The notes: generated by a model from the sequence alone, not told the origin. 58,424 bases of DNA from Candidatus Nealsonbacteria bacterium (GCA_030643485.1 DAOWLG010000038.1:1-58424), one strand, 5' to 3'; numbered from the stretch's first letter, positions 14,577 through 23,427 are shown. Translations and numbers: made by a program.

Positions 14577-16202
14577 ATGTATTTGCCAGAAGACATTGAT
14601 GACATTTTAAGAAATAGAGAAGCTGAAATCTTGGAGTTCAAGGAAGCCAAGAGTAATTTTGATTCAAGGGATCGTTCTGATTATTGCGCCGCAATAGCAA
14701 ACGCAGGCGGTGGCAGATTACTGCTTGGCGTAGATAATGATAGGAATATTCTTGGCACTTCTGTATATGCTGGAGCAATAGAAAAAATTCCTCACGAAGT
14801 ATATCAAATTATTGGAGTTCGTATAATTGTTGAGGAAGTTGACCACAAGAATGGCAGAGTTGTTGTGTTTGATATACCAGCAAGACCCGTTGGGCAGCGT
14901 GTGCGTTCAAACGGACATTATAAATATCCTATTCGGATTGGCGAATCGTTAGTCGAGATGGATGACGAAACAACTCGTAATATTTTGAATGAAGTGCAAC
15001 CAGATTTTTCTGCTGGCATTATAGATGGCCTTGATTTAAGCGATTTAGATATGGCGGCTATTGATAATTTTAAAAAACAAAGAGCGGAAAAAACTGGTAA
15101 TTTAAGAATTATTTCTACTCCCACGGAACAAGTATTGCAAGATGCTGAACTCATACGCGATGGAAAAATTACATTTGCTTGTTTAGTTTTGCTGGGTAAG
15201 GCAGAAAAAATAGCAAAATTTTTACCGCAAGACGAAATTATTTATGAATGGCGAAATACGAAGGGACAAATTCATCATGATTTTAGGAAATTATGGCGAG
15301 CGCCATATTTTATTATTTATGACGAGATTTGGCAGACAATAAATGTTCGCAATCTGCGAATACCTTATCAAGAAGGATTTATACAGCAAGAAGTGTTGGC
15401 GTTTGATGAGAAATCTTGTCGTGAAGCAGTTAATAATGCTGTAGCCCATCGTGATTATTCTATTGGCGGACGATCTATTCTTATTCAATCCTCTCCAGAA
15501 AGTTTTACTGTCGTAAGTCCCGGGGGATTTTTATCGGGCATTACCGAGGACAATGTTTTGACAGCCTCTCCTCGCTGGCGCAATCGTCTTGTTGCGGAAG
15601 CACTTGAAAGGACAAATTTTGTTGAACGATCTGGACAGGGAATTGATAATATTTTTGAAGCATCAATTCGTCAAGGCAAGGGTTTGCCAAATTTCCATGG
15701 CACGACTAATGACACAGTGCAAATAAATGTTCCCGCAAAAGTTCAAGATGCGGAATTTATTAAATTTTTAGAAAAAGTGGCGAATGAAAAGCAAATCAGT
15801 TTTTCCTTTAATGAAATTTATGAATTGGAAATGCTCCGCGCGCAAAAAACTCTTGTGAGTTTAAAGCATAAAGAAAAATTTTTAAAACTCGGAATTATTG
15901 AAAAAATTGGGAAAACCAGTGGGACAAAATATATGCTTTCGCATCGCTATTATTCTTATGAAAAAAAACCAGGGATTTATACAAGAGTTAAAGGTATCAG
16001 CCGTGAGCATAAAAAATATTTAATACTTGAACATATTAAACGCGAAGGTCAGGGATGCAGGAGCGATTTTCTTGATGCATTTCCAGAGCTGAAGGCAAGA
16101 GATATATCAAATCTATTACAGGAGTTAAAAAAAGATGGAAAAATTGAGCGAATAGGTTTTGATACAACTGGTTACTGGCGGATTAAAGAAGATTCTAATT
16201 AG
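14577..16202 (+). CDS. AlbA_2/Schlafen-like plus HATPase_c_4-like plus wHTH protein (COG2865-type) inserted between mod and res
   Basis: N-terminal EAEILEFKEAKSNFD...GGRLLLGVDND, central AVNNAVAHRDYS, and a C-terminal winged-helix-like segment (ISNLLQELKKDGKIERIG). Confidence 0.75.
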   Translation: MYLPEDIDDILRNREAEILEFKEAKSNFDSRDRSDYCAAIANAGGGRLLLGVDNDRNILGTSVYAGAIEKIPHEVYQIIGVRIIVEEVDHKNGRVVVFDIPARPVGQRVRSNGHYKYPIRIGESLVEMDDETTRNILNEVQPDFSAGIIDGLDLSDLDMAAIDNFKKQRAEKTGNLRIISTPTEQVLQDAELIRDGKITFACLVLLGKAEKIAKFLPQDEIIYEWRNTKGQIHHDFRKLWRAPYFIIYDEIWQTINVRNLRIPYQEGFIQQEVLAFDEKSCREAVNNAVAHRDYSIGGRSILIQSSPESFTVVSPGGFLSGITEDNVLTASPRWRNRLVAEALERTNFVERSGQGIDNIFEASIRQGKGLPNFHGTTNDTVQINVPAKVQDAEFIKFLEKVANEKQISFSFNEIYELEMLRAQKTLVSLKHKEKFLKLGIIEKIGKTSGTKYMLSHRYYSYEKKPGIYTRVKGISREHKKYLILEHIKREGQGCRSDFLDAFPELKARDISNLLQELKKDGKIERIGFDTTGYWRIKEDSN

Positions 16203-16372
16203 TAGTAAAATGTTGTTTTTAGTAGAAGAAACAAAGAAATTACCTTAAAAATAGGGGTGTGAATAAGTTGTAAGTTCTACTAAAATATAGTTTATTTTCA
16301 GGGGGGTTGAAAATAAATAACGCGCGCGATTTTTAACTTAAAATAGACCATCTTGATAGTTTTTATTTTCAT

Positions 16373-18871
16373 ATGACCAAAAATCATAGAAAAATTAAAA
16401 AATCGAATCTTCCGCTTGTTTGCGCTTTACAACCTGCTGTCGCTGCGTGGCGAGAGGGTGGATATAAAGAGGGGACGAGCAAGACAACTCGGCGGCTTTT
16501 GGAATGGTGGTTCGTGGAAGACCACGAGGTTGCCGATGGAAAATTTTTTGCTTTTTGGCGCGCTCAAAGAGAAGCGATTGAACATTTGATTTATTGTTAT
16601 GAAGTTTTGGAAGCGCGCAGTTTATATCAGTTAGCGCAAAAGCTTGATGCGAGAGTACCCGTTGATCCAAGCGCGGATAAATGGGCAAAATACGCTTTCA
16701 AAATGGCGACAGGTTCGGGCAAAACAATGATAATGGCGATGGCAGTTGTTTGGTCGTATTTTAACGCTACCAAAGAGAAGCAAAAAGATTTCACAAAAAA
16801 TTTTATTTTAATCGCGCCAAATCTGATTGTGCTTGACCGATTAATGGGCGATTCAAAAAATCCAGAATTTTTTGAAGGCGCTATTTTCAAAAAATTTCCT
16901 TTTATTCCCCCAGAATGGTCATCGGATTTCCAGCTTGATGTTATTGGACCTAACGAAGAACGGGAAAGCACTAAATCATCAACACTCTACTTGCTCAACT
17001 GGCAAAAATTTGTTGAACGCAAAAATAGTAAGGCAGAAAATCCTGTACAGGATATTTTAGGCCAAAAGCCGCCAAGCGAGATTATTGTTTCTTTGAAAAA
17101 ACTCAAAGACAGGTTATCTCATCTTTCAAATGTGATGGTGCTAAACGACGAGGCGCATCATGTTTGGGACGAGGATCTTGTTTGGTATAAAGCTATTACG
17201 GATTTGAACGATAACTCAGGACTGATGTGTCAGTTGGACTTTTCGGCAACGCCAAAATATCAGAAAACAGGACAACTTTTTACTCACATTATCACTGATT
17301 ATAGTTTAGGAAGCGCGATTGATGACAATATCGTGAAGCGTCCGAAAATTGCTGAGATTGAAAATGCGCCAGAAATTGAAAGCAAAAAAGCATCAGAGAA
17401 ATATCGCGTCCAAATTGACGCAGGCATCAACCAGTGGAGAGTTATGCGCAAAGTGATTATCAAAACAAACAAAAAGCCAGTGCTTTTTGTAATGACGGAA
17501 GATAATGCTTCTGCTGATGATGTTGCCGAATATATGGCGACATTTCCTGAATTCAGCGGAAACAAAATTTTAACAATTCATTCAGGCAAAAAGAAAGATC
17601 AAATTGCGGCAAAAGATTTGGAAATAGCGCGCAAAGCGGCTCGTGAAATTGACTCATTGGAAAATCCGCATAACGCAATTGTTTCCGTGCTTATGCTTCA
17701 CGAGGGCTGGGATGTGCGCAATGTTGTTGTAGTTGTTCCTCTGCGTTCTTTTAGCTCAAAAGCAAAAATTTTGCCTGAGCAAACGTTGGGAAGAGGTTTG
17801 CGCCGAATGTGGCCAGAGGATAGCAAGCATAAAGAACTATTGATAGTTATTGAGCATCCGCAATTTCACGATTTGATTGACGAGGCATTAGCAGAACAGG
17901 GTGTTAAAGTTGAATTTGTCAGTTTGGAAGAAGCTTACAATCCCCCGGTAATTATTCAAACGGAAAAAAATAAACTGAAATACGATATTGAAACGCCGAT
18001 GCTCTCTGGAGGACTAACGCATTCGGTAACAGGGATTGAGAAATTACAGGCGAATGTCTTGGATAGCAAATTGTTTAAGTATGATTCTTTACAGGCGCGA
18101 GATGTAATCCTTCGCAAGATTGATATGCTGACGAAAAAAGAGGAAGCAAAAGAAGTGTTGGAGTTTCCATACGCTGATAATCCGCAGATATATATCGCGA
18201 GTATTGCTAACGCGGTTTTGCGATTTGCGAGAATTCCGGGACATTTTGATAAAGTCGCGCCACAAGTCAAAGAATATATTGCTAAATATCTTTTTGATAG
18301 AAAAGTTGATATTACCAATCTTGAAACATTGAAAAAGCTCAATCACCCTAAAGTGCGTGGCGCGACCATCTCCATTTTTGTTGATATTATTAATAATCTG
18401 ACAATTGTATCAGAAAAAGCAAAAATGGAAGAACGAAAAGCGCGAGCGTCTGAGATTAAACCGTTTCCGTGGACAAAACTTGCTGTGGCGGCGCAAAAAT
18501 CCGTTTTGAATTTTACACCAGTTGATAATGATTTTGAGGCAAAATTTGTAAAATTTCTTGACGGAGCAGATGATGTTGATGCTTTTATTAAAAATGAAAC
18601 AAGGACAATGAATCTCAAAATTCCGTATATTGCTCAAGACGGATTTTTGCGCCGCTATATTCCGGACTTTATTATTCGGACGAAAAATGGTATGGTGATT
18701 ATTGAAACAAAGGGGCGTGAAGATGTTGATGTTGTGGCAAAAGATTTGCAGGGTAAACGATGGACAGAAGAAGTTAGCAGACGCACAGGGACAAAATGGA
18801 CATTTTTACGCGTTGATCAAAAAGAATTTGAGAAAGCAAGATATAACAAACTTGCTGAATTAACAATCTAA
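16373..18871 (+). CDS. res: Type III restriction enzyme Res subunit (SF2 helicase plus PD-(D/E)xK nuclease)
   Basis: MATGSGKT (Walker A), LNDEAHH (DEAH), LHEGWDVRNV (motif VI region). C-terminal YIPDF...VIIETKG nuclease motif. Confidence 0.9.
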   Translation: MTKNHRKIKKSNLPLVCALQPAVAAWREGGYKEGTSKTTRRLLEWWFVEDHEVADGKFFAFWRAQREAIEHLIYCYEVLEARSLYQLAQKLDARVPVDPSADKWAKYAFKMATGSGKTMIMAMAVVWSYFNATKEKQKDFTKNFILIAPNLIVLDRLMGDSKNPEFFEGAIFKKFPFIPPEWSSDFQLDVIGPNEERESTKSSTLYLLNWQKFVERKNSKAENPVQDILGQKPPSEIIVSLKKLKDRLSHLSNVMVLNDEAHHVWDEDLVWYKAITDLNDNSGLMCQLDFSATPKYQKTGQLFTHIITDYSLGSAIDDNIVKRPKIAEIENAPEIESKKASEKYRVQIDAGINQWRVMRKVIIKTNKKPVLFVMTEDNASADDVAEYMATFPEFSGNKILTIHSGKKKDQIAAKDLEIARKAAREIDSLENPHNAIVSVLMLHEGWDVRNVVVVVPLRSFSSKAKILPEQTLGRGLRRMWPEDSKHKELLIVIEHPQFHDLIDEALAEQGVKVEFVSLEEAYNPPVIIQTEKNKLKYDIETPMLSGGLTHSVTGIEKLQANVLDSKLFKYDSLQARDVILRKIDMLTKKEEAKEVLEFPYADNPQIYIASIANAVLRFARIPGHFDKVAPQVKEYIAKYLFDRKVDITNLETLKKLNHPKVRGATISIFVDIINNLTIVSEKAKMEERKARASEIKPFPWTKLAVAAQKSVLNFTPVDNDFEAKFVKFLDGADDVDAFIKNETRTMNLKIPYIAQDGFLRRYIPDFIIRTKNGMVIIETKGREDVDVVAKDLQGKRWTEEVSRRTGTKWTFLRVDQKEFEKARYNKLAELTI

Positions 18872-18906
18872 ACCCACCCACCGCCCTTATTATTTTTGAA
18901 ATCCTG

Positions 18907-18933
18907 CCGAAAAAAATCGGGCAAAGCCCGAAA
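18907..18933. repeat. Island inner inverted repeat, right
   Basis: CCGAAAAAAATCGGGCAAAGCCCGAAAG. Confidence 0.8.
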
Positions 18934-18953
18934 GATTAGTAGGCAAAATGAAA

Positions 18954-18982
18954 AATTGCCAGAGGACAGTCCTCTGGCAATT
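18954..18982 (-). terminator. ruvA terminator hairpin (right copy of the island boundary repeat)
   Basis: AATTGCCAGAGGA-CAG-TCCTCTGGCAATT is a perfect hairpin, with T-runs on both strands. It lies 2 nt from the ruvA stop. Confidence 0.6.
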
Positions 18983-18984
18983 TT

Positions 18985-19572
18985 TCATTTTCCAAGCATT
19001 TTTAGTGCTTCCTTTATTTTGTTTTCCGCGTCCATTTCTATGGGAAGTTTAGATAATGTTTCCTTTGCTTCCTGTTTTAAAAATCCCATATTCACTAAAG
19101 CGTCAAAAGCAGAATTATTTATGCCCGCTACTACTTCTGATATTCTTTCTTTTGGTTTTAACGATTCATTATTTTTAATTTTACCGGACAATTCCAATAA
19201 AATCTTTGCCGCTCTTTTCCTGCCAATACCGGAAATGCCTTCAAAAATTTTTTCCTGACCATCTTTAATGGATTTTTTCAAATCTTCCAATGGCCCCAGT
19301 CCTGAAATTTCCAAAGCCGCTTTTGGTCCTACGCCGGAAATTCCGATTAACATTTCAAAAACCTCCCTCTCCCCCCAAGTTAAAAACCCGTATAAATTCA
19401 AGATATTTTCTCTTACATAAAGAAAACAAAACAATTTCAAAAATTTTTCTTGTCCTGAAATTTTTTTAAGCGTCTTTTGAGAAAGAAAAACTCTATAACC
19501 AACTCCTTGCGATTCCAAAACAACAAACTTTTCCTTTCTCAAAATAATATTTCCTTGTAAATACGCAATCAT
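18985..19572 (-). CDS. ruvA: Holliday junction branch-migration protein RuvA
   Basis: MIAYLQGNI...VLESQGVGYRVFLS (OB domain) and two HhH motifs (ISGVGPKAALEI, ISGIGRKRAAKILLEL). Start set to the MIAYLQG methionine. Confidence 0.9.
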   Translation of the reverse strand: MIAYLQGNIILRKEKFVVLESQGVGYRVFLSQKTLKKISGQEKFLKLFCFLYVRENILNLYGFLTWGEREVFEMLIGISGVGPKAALEISGLGPLEDLKKSIKDGQEKIFEGISGIGRKRAAKILLELSGKIKNNESLKPKERISEVVAGINNSAFDALVNMGFLKQEAKETLSKLPIEMDAENKIKEALKMLGK

Positions 19573-19580
19573 ACTAAAAA

Positions 19581-19711
19581 TTTTCAATTATCAATTTTCA
19601 ATTATCAATCAATTATCAAATTCCAATTTTCAAACAAATTAATTAATTTTATTAATTGAAAATTGAATCATTGAAAATTCATTGAAAATTGGTTATTGAA
19701 AATTGAAAATT
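19581..19711. repeat. About 130-bp AT-rich imperfect palindromic element (GAAAATTGAAAAT family), copy 1
   Basis: Left arm TTTTCAATTATCAATTTTCAATTATCAATCAATTATCAAATTCCAATTTTCAAAC. Centre AAATTAATTAATTT. Right arm ATTGAAAATTGAATCATTGAAAATTCATTGAAAATTGGTTATTGAAAATTGAAAAT. Nearly identical to 31961-32091. Confidence 0.9.
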
Positions 19712-19771
19712 ATTATTTTATTATACACCTATTGCGAAAAAATAAAAGTTGTGATAGTATAATGAAGAAAT

Positions 19772-20023
19772 ATGGCGATAACTAAATCAGCGAAAAAGGC
19801 ATTACGCCAAAATATAAGGCATAAAAAAAGAAACTTAATTTACAAAAATAAAATGAAAGGGCTTGTAAAACAGGTCAAATCTTTTATTAAAGAAAAGAAA
19901 ATAAAAGAGGCAAAAGAATTATTGCCTCAGGTCTATAAAATCCTGGATAAATCCGCAAAAATAGGAATAATTAAGAAAAACACTGCGTCAAGAAAAAAAT
20001 CTCGTCTGGCTAAATCTCTGTAA
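19772..20023 (+). CDS. rpsT: 30S ribosomal protein S20
   Basis: MAITKSAKKALRQNIRHKKRN..., small and basic, with typical S20 N-terminus and length. Confidence 0.9.
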   Translation: MAITKSAKKALRQNIRHKKRNLIYKNKMKGLVKQVKSFIKEKKIKEAKELLPQVYKILDKSAKIGIIKKNTASRKKSRLAKSL

Positions 20024-20987
20024 TCAACATATCTATTGCCATAATCGGGTCAACGCGCCCTGTTTTTATATCTCGGTCTACCTTGAATAATTTCTGGTAG
20101 ATTTTTTTTAGAACATCAAGCCCAAACTTTTGAGCCTGATAACAACTTTTTTGCGCAACATAAGGATGCATTCCCGGAATTTTTACTCTACCAAAGGACG
20201 AGGTTCTTTGGTTGTTCGGCTGAACTCCCTCAGAATGACTTGAAAGGTAGTCCTTAACTAAAAGCAAATTTCTAAATTGGAAATTTATCATAGAAAGAAG
20301 ATACAAGGGTGCGTCTCCTTTCTCCAAATGTTTATGAATTAAAAAAATCGCGCGTTTCTTGTCTTTTTGCGCGATAGCGTCAATGGTCTTAAAAATATCT
20401 GTTTCAATTCTTGGAGCCACTAAAAGTTCAATATCCTTTAATACTACGAGAACACTTCTCGTAGTATTAAATTTATAAGTGCATAATTTTTTGATTTCCT
20501 GAGATAATTGCCAGAGGTTATTACCCACGAAATTTATCAATTGTTGTATTGCTTGATTTTCAATTTTTGAATTATATTTTTCAAATTCTTTTTTAATCCA
20601 ATTTTCCAATTCTTTATTTGATAGAGTGTCAAACTCTTGGCATTTTGCTGTTTTTTTCAAAAACTTAAACAAAGAATCCGCTTTATTAACTTTATCTTTT
20701 TCATAAAAAAGGATAACATCTTCTGTGTTCTCTATTTTTTTTAAGACATCTAAAATTTTTTCCTTAAATTCAGAATTTAAGAAAATATTTTTTAGAACTA
20801 TTAATTTTTTTTCTTTGAACATTGAGACACTTTGAATGTTATGCTCAAATTCTTCAAAGCCTGAATTTTGGCAGTCATAATATCTTAAATTCAATCCAGT
20901 TTGATGGATTTTTTTGTAGCGCTCAATAATCTCTTGTAATTTCTTAAGAGAGCGATATGTATCTTTGCCATAGAGAAAAAGAAACAT
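20010..20987 (-). CDS. holA: DNA polymerase III delta subunit (probable)
   Basis: 325 aa. The N-terminal LFLYGKDTYR... and overall helical C-terminal pattern fit delta-subunit proteins of small genomes. No catalytic motif available to confirm. Confidence 0.65.
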   Translation of the reverse strand: MFLFLYGKDTYRSLKKLQEIIERYKKIHQTGLNLRYYDCQNSGFEEFEHNIQSVSMFKEKKLIVLKNIFLNSEFKEKILDVLKKIENTEDVILFYEKDKVNKADSLFKFLKKTAKCQEFDTLSNKELENWIKKEFEKYNSKIENQAIQQLINFVGNNLWQLSQEIKKLCTYKFNTTRSVLVVLKDIELLVAPRIETDIFKTIDAIAQKDKKRAIFLIHKHLEKGDAPLYLLSMINFQFRNLLLVKDYLSSHSEGVQPNNQRTSSFGRVKIPGMHPYVAQKSCYQAQKFGLDVLKKIYQKLFKVDRDIKTGRVDPIMAIDMLITEI

Positions 20988-20988
20988 T

Positions 20989-21354
20989 CTATTTCAAAAC
21001 TGTTTTGATTTTTTCAATTATTTCATTAGGAGTAAAATGAGCCTTAATTAGATAGTCATTTGCTCCTAAATTTATTCCTTTTTCTATGTCTTCTTTTTGG
21101 CCAAGATTAGATAAAATAATTACCGGCAATTGAGATAAACTCGGATCTTTTTTCATCTGAGATAAAACCTCAAAACCATCTATCCCCGGCAAAATAAGGT
21201 CAAGCAAAACCAAATCAGGTTTCTCTGTTTTTATTTTTTTTATTCCTTCTTCGCCGTCAATTGCCTCAAAAACCTCATAACTTTCTTTTGTAAGTTTTTG
21301 AGCAATTAACTCTCTAAGAAATTTATCGTCTTCAATGATTAATATTTTTTGCAT
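20989..21354 (-). CDS. Single-domain response regulator (REC only)
   Basis: MQKILIIEDDKF, DLVLLDLILPGIDGFEVL, PVIILSNLG, ANDYLIKA. Start set to the ATG 1 nt after the kinase stop. Confidence 0.9.
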   Translation of the reverse strand: MQKILIIEDDKFLRELIAQKLTKESYEVFEAIDGEEGIKKIKTEKPDLVLLDLILPGIDGFEVLSQMKKDPSLSQLPVIILSNLGQKEDIEKGINLGANDYLIKAHFTPNEIIEKIKTVLK

Positions 21355-21355
21355 A

Positions 21356-22396
21356 TTAACAAGGCAGGGTAAAACAAAAAGTAGAACCCTTTCCTTCTTG
21401 AGATTCAAACCAAATTCGACCTTTATGCGCTTCAATTATATTTTTAGCAATAAACAAACCCAGTCCCGTTCCTTCTGTCTCCATTCTAATTATATTAGCC
21501 CCTCTAAAAAATTTAGTAAAGACACGAAATTGCTGGTCAGTAGGTATGCCTACTCCGCTGTCATACACGGAGACCTTGATTTCTTTTTTGTTTTTTCCTT
21601 TTTCCTTACATTGTAAAAAAACTATCATTTTCCCTTTTGAAGAAGTATATCTTATAGCGTTTTCAATAATATTTCTAATTGCTAATTCTATCTTTTCTTT
21701 ATCTATATTAACCTCTGGCAATTTTTTCGCTGCAATAAACTTAAAATTTATTTTTTTTCTTTTTATTTCTTCTTTATATGAACTTATTATATCTCTACAT
21801 ATTTTTTCAATGTCGTAAAAATCTTTTTTATACACATGCCTACCTTCCTCAATCTGAGTTATATTCAAAAGATCATTTATTAAGCCAATCATCCTTTCGT
21901 TGCTTCTATATGTCTTTTCTATAAATTTTTTTTGCTCTTTGGTAACTTCTCCTAAATCACCGTCTAAAAGCATTCTTAAAGTCCACTTAATAGCAGATAG
22001 AGGAGTAGGCAACTGATGAGCAGTGATAGAAACAAATTCTGTTTTCATCTGTTCTATTCTTTTTTCTCTGGTTATGTCGCGTAAAATTACCAAAGTTCCT
22101 ATCTTCTTTTTTTGTTCAAATAAAGGAACCGCGGAAACCTCCAAAACCAAATTTTCAGCAACAGTCAGTTCTTGCATTGGCGCGCTTTTTATTTTTTTTC
22201 CTAAAATTTTAATTAATCTTTTAAGATTTCCAAAGCCCGCAAGTTCTAAAACTGGCTTACCTATTATCTCCTTTTCATTAACTCTTAAAAACTCTTGTGC
22301 GCGAGGGTTTATTAAAGAAAGATTCCTTTGTTTATCAAAAACCAAAATTCCATCAGTAAGATTTGCGATAATAGGTAATGTTTTCCTTTTTATCAT
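21356..22396 (-). CDS. Cytoplasmic PAS-domain sensor histidine kinase
   Basis: H box [16 protein letters not shown] box [10 protein letters not shown] boxes YDSGVGIP and [16 protein letters not shown]. The start overlaps the upstream stop in an ATGA arrangement. Confidence 0.9.
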   Translation of the reverse strand: MIKRKTLPIIANLTDGILVFDKQRNLSLINPRAQEFLRVNEKEIIGKPVLELAGFGNLKRLIKILGKKIKSAPMQELTVAENLVLEVSAVPLFEQKKKIGTLVILRDITREKRIEQMKTEFVSITAHQLPTPLSAIKWTLRMLLDGDLGEVTKEQKKFIEKTYRSNERMIGLINDLLNITQIEEGRHVYKKDFYDIEKICRDIISSYKEEIKRKKINFKFIAAKKLPEVNIDKEKIELAIRNIIENAIRYTSSKGKMIVFLQCKEKGKNKKEIKVSVYDSGVGIPTDQQFRVFTKFFRGANIIRMETEGTGLGLFIAKNIIEAHKGRIWFESQEGKGSTFCFTLPC

Positions 22397-23082
22397 ATAT
22401 CTATATCCAGATTCCTCTGCGAGACACTGGTTTGAATTTTTATTCCCGCGTCTCCTGATGTTCCACCTGCTTTTTCTATGTCTAAAAAGATAGTCACTTT
22501 TGGCTGGTCATTGTCGCCTACCCCATCACCGGAGATATCTATTTCAAAAGCGTTTATTTCAAGATTAGATGAAGTCAAAGGGGTTTCTTGCCCGCTTATT
22601 TTTTTCATTAAACACTTATCTGTTGTATTCCAATAAAATTCTTGACACTCATTATGGTAATTTATAAATTTTATACCTCTTCCGCCTTTAGTCAATTGAT
22701 AGTTATAGTCGCAACCTTTATCTATATTATCTAAACATGGATCTTCTATTAAACAATTTTGCTCTTTTTGAGCCATGCGCAGACTCCGAGACATATACTC
22801 CATTACATAACTAGCTTGGTCTAAAACCTCTTGAGTGTTTAAGATTTTTGACTGGCTCTTTATCATAAAATTAAAAACACCCAAAATTCCTGCTATGGCT
22901 ATGGAAAAAATCATTACGGAAATCAAAAGTTCCACAAGGGTAAATCCGCTTACTGTCAATTTGTCCCGCTTTTTTCTCCGTCTTCTTGTTAATACCCTTC
23001 TTCCTCCTTTTGTTTTTGTCCGCGCCAAAAACCCGTGTGTCCTTTTCCTTTTTCTTTTTTTGGGCTGATAAGTAATAGACAT
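22393..23082 (-). CDS. rpmH: In-frame fusion of ribosomal protein L34 (residues 1-45) with a GspJ/PilW-like pseudopilin (from G46|F47)
   Basis: [45 protein letters not shown] is full-length L34. It is followed without a stop by [20 protein letters not shown], the prepilin cleavage/methylation motif with E+5. Confidence 0.8.
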   Translation of the reverse strand: MSITYQPKKRKRKRTHGFLARTKTKGGRRVLTRRRRKKRDKLTVSGFTLVELLISVMIFSIAIAGILGVFNFMIKSQSKILNTQEVLDQASYVMEYMSRSLRMAQKEQNCLIEDPCLDNIDKGCDYNYQLTKGGRGIKFINYHNECQEFYWNTTDKCLMKKISGQETPLTSSNLEINAFEIDISGDGVGDNDQPKVTIFLDIEKAGGTSGDAGIKIQTSVSQRNLDIDI

Positions 23083-23151
23083 ATTTATTTAGTGAACTTG
23101 GTAAATTTCCTATCAAATACTGTGGAAAGTCTCAACAATAAAACCTCTTCA

Positions 23152-23266
23152 AAATTTTCAATTTTCAATGACCAATTTTCAATGAATTTTCAATGATTCA
23201 ATTTTCAATGAATAAAATTAATTAATTTGTTTGAAAATTGAAAATTGATAATTGATAATTGATTTT
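23152..23266. repeat. AT-rich palindromic element, copy 2 (inverted orientation)
   Basis: Its reverse complement matches copies 1 and 3 over the centre and right arm (CAAACAAATTAATTAATTTTATTCATTGAAAATTGAATCATTGAAAATTCATTGAAAATTGGTCATTGAAAATTGAAAAT). Confidence 0.85.
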
Positions 23267-23345
23267 AGTATCTTTATATTACCATAATTCAAGAAAAAAT
23301 ACAATTGCCTGTATAAGAATATTAATGAAAGATGTTCTGCACAAG

Positions 23346-23365
23346 TTTTCCACATCTTATCAACA
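23346..23365. promoter_or_regulatory. Two DnaA-box-like 9-mers upstream of dnaA
   Basis: TTTTCCACA (23346-23354) and TTATCAACA (23357-23365). Each has one mismatch to TTATCCACA. Confidence 0.5.
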
Positions 23366-23387
23366 AAACAAAATATTTGTATTTATT

Positions 23388-23415
23388 TTGCGTTTTATTT
23401 TGAAAGTGATATAAT
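23388..23415 (+). promoter_or_regulatory. dnaA promoter (extended -10)
   Basis: TTGCGT (23388-23393), 16-nt spacer, TGA-TATAAT (-10 at 23410-23415), 12 nt before the ATG. Confidence 0.45.
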
Positions 23416-23427
23416 AGAAAATGAAAT

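Larger units (their letters stand above)
12111..18982. mobile_element. Putative integrated defence island (type III R-M) next to tRNA-Ala, bounded by 37-bp repeats. No integrase present.
   Basis: AAAAATTGCCA[A/G]AGGACAGTCCTCTGGCAATTTTT occurs at about 12107-12143 and about 18951-18985. Inner 28-30-bp inverted repeats lie at 12411-12440 and 18907-18933. The interior is visibly more G+C-rich than the flanks. Confidence 0.45.

Noticed and set aside
12111-18982. Integrase, transposase or relaxase in the R-M island or the T4SS-like cluster
   Set aside because: I examined all ORFs longer than 60 aa. None shows tyrosine or serine recombinase, DDE or relaxase signatures, so mobility is inferred only from boundary repeats.
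18896-19258. ORF 18896-19258 (+)
   Set aside because: It is antisense to ruvA and begins in the island boundary repeats, with no motifs.
23152-23266. The AT-rich element next to dnaA as the origin DNA-unwinding element
   Set aside because: The same 130-bp element occurs nearly identically at two non-origin loci (19581, 31961), so it is a dispersed repeat. A DUE role is not excluded but is not specifically supported.
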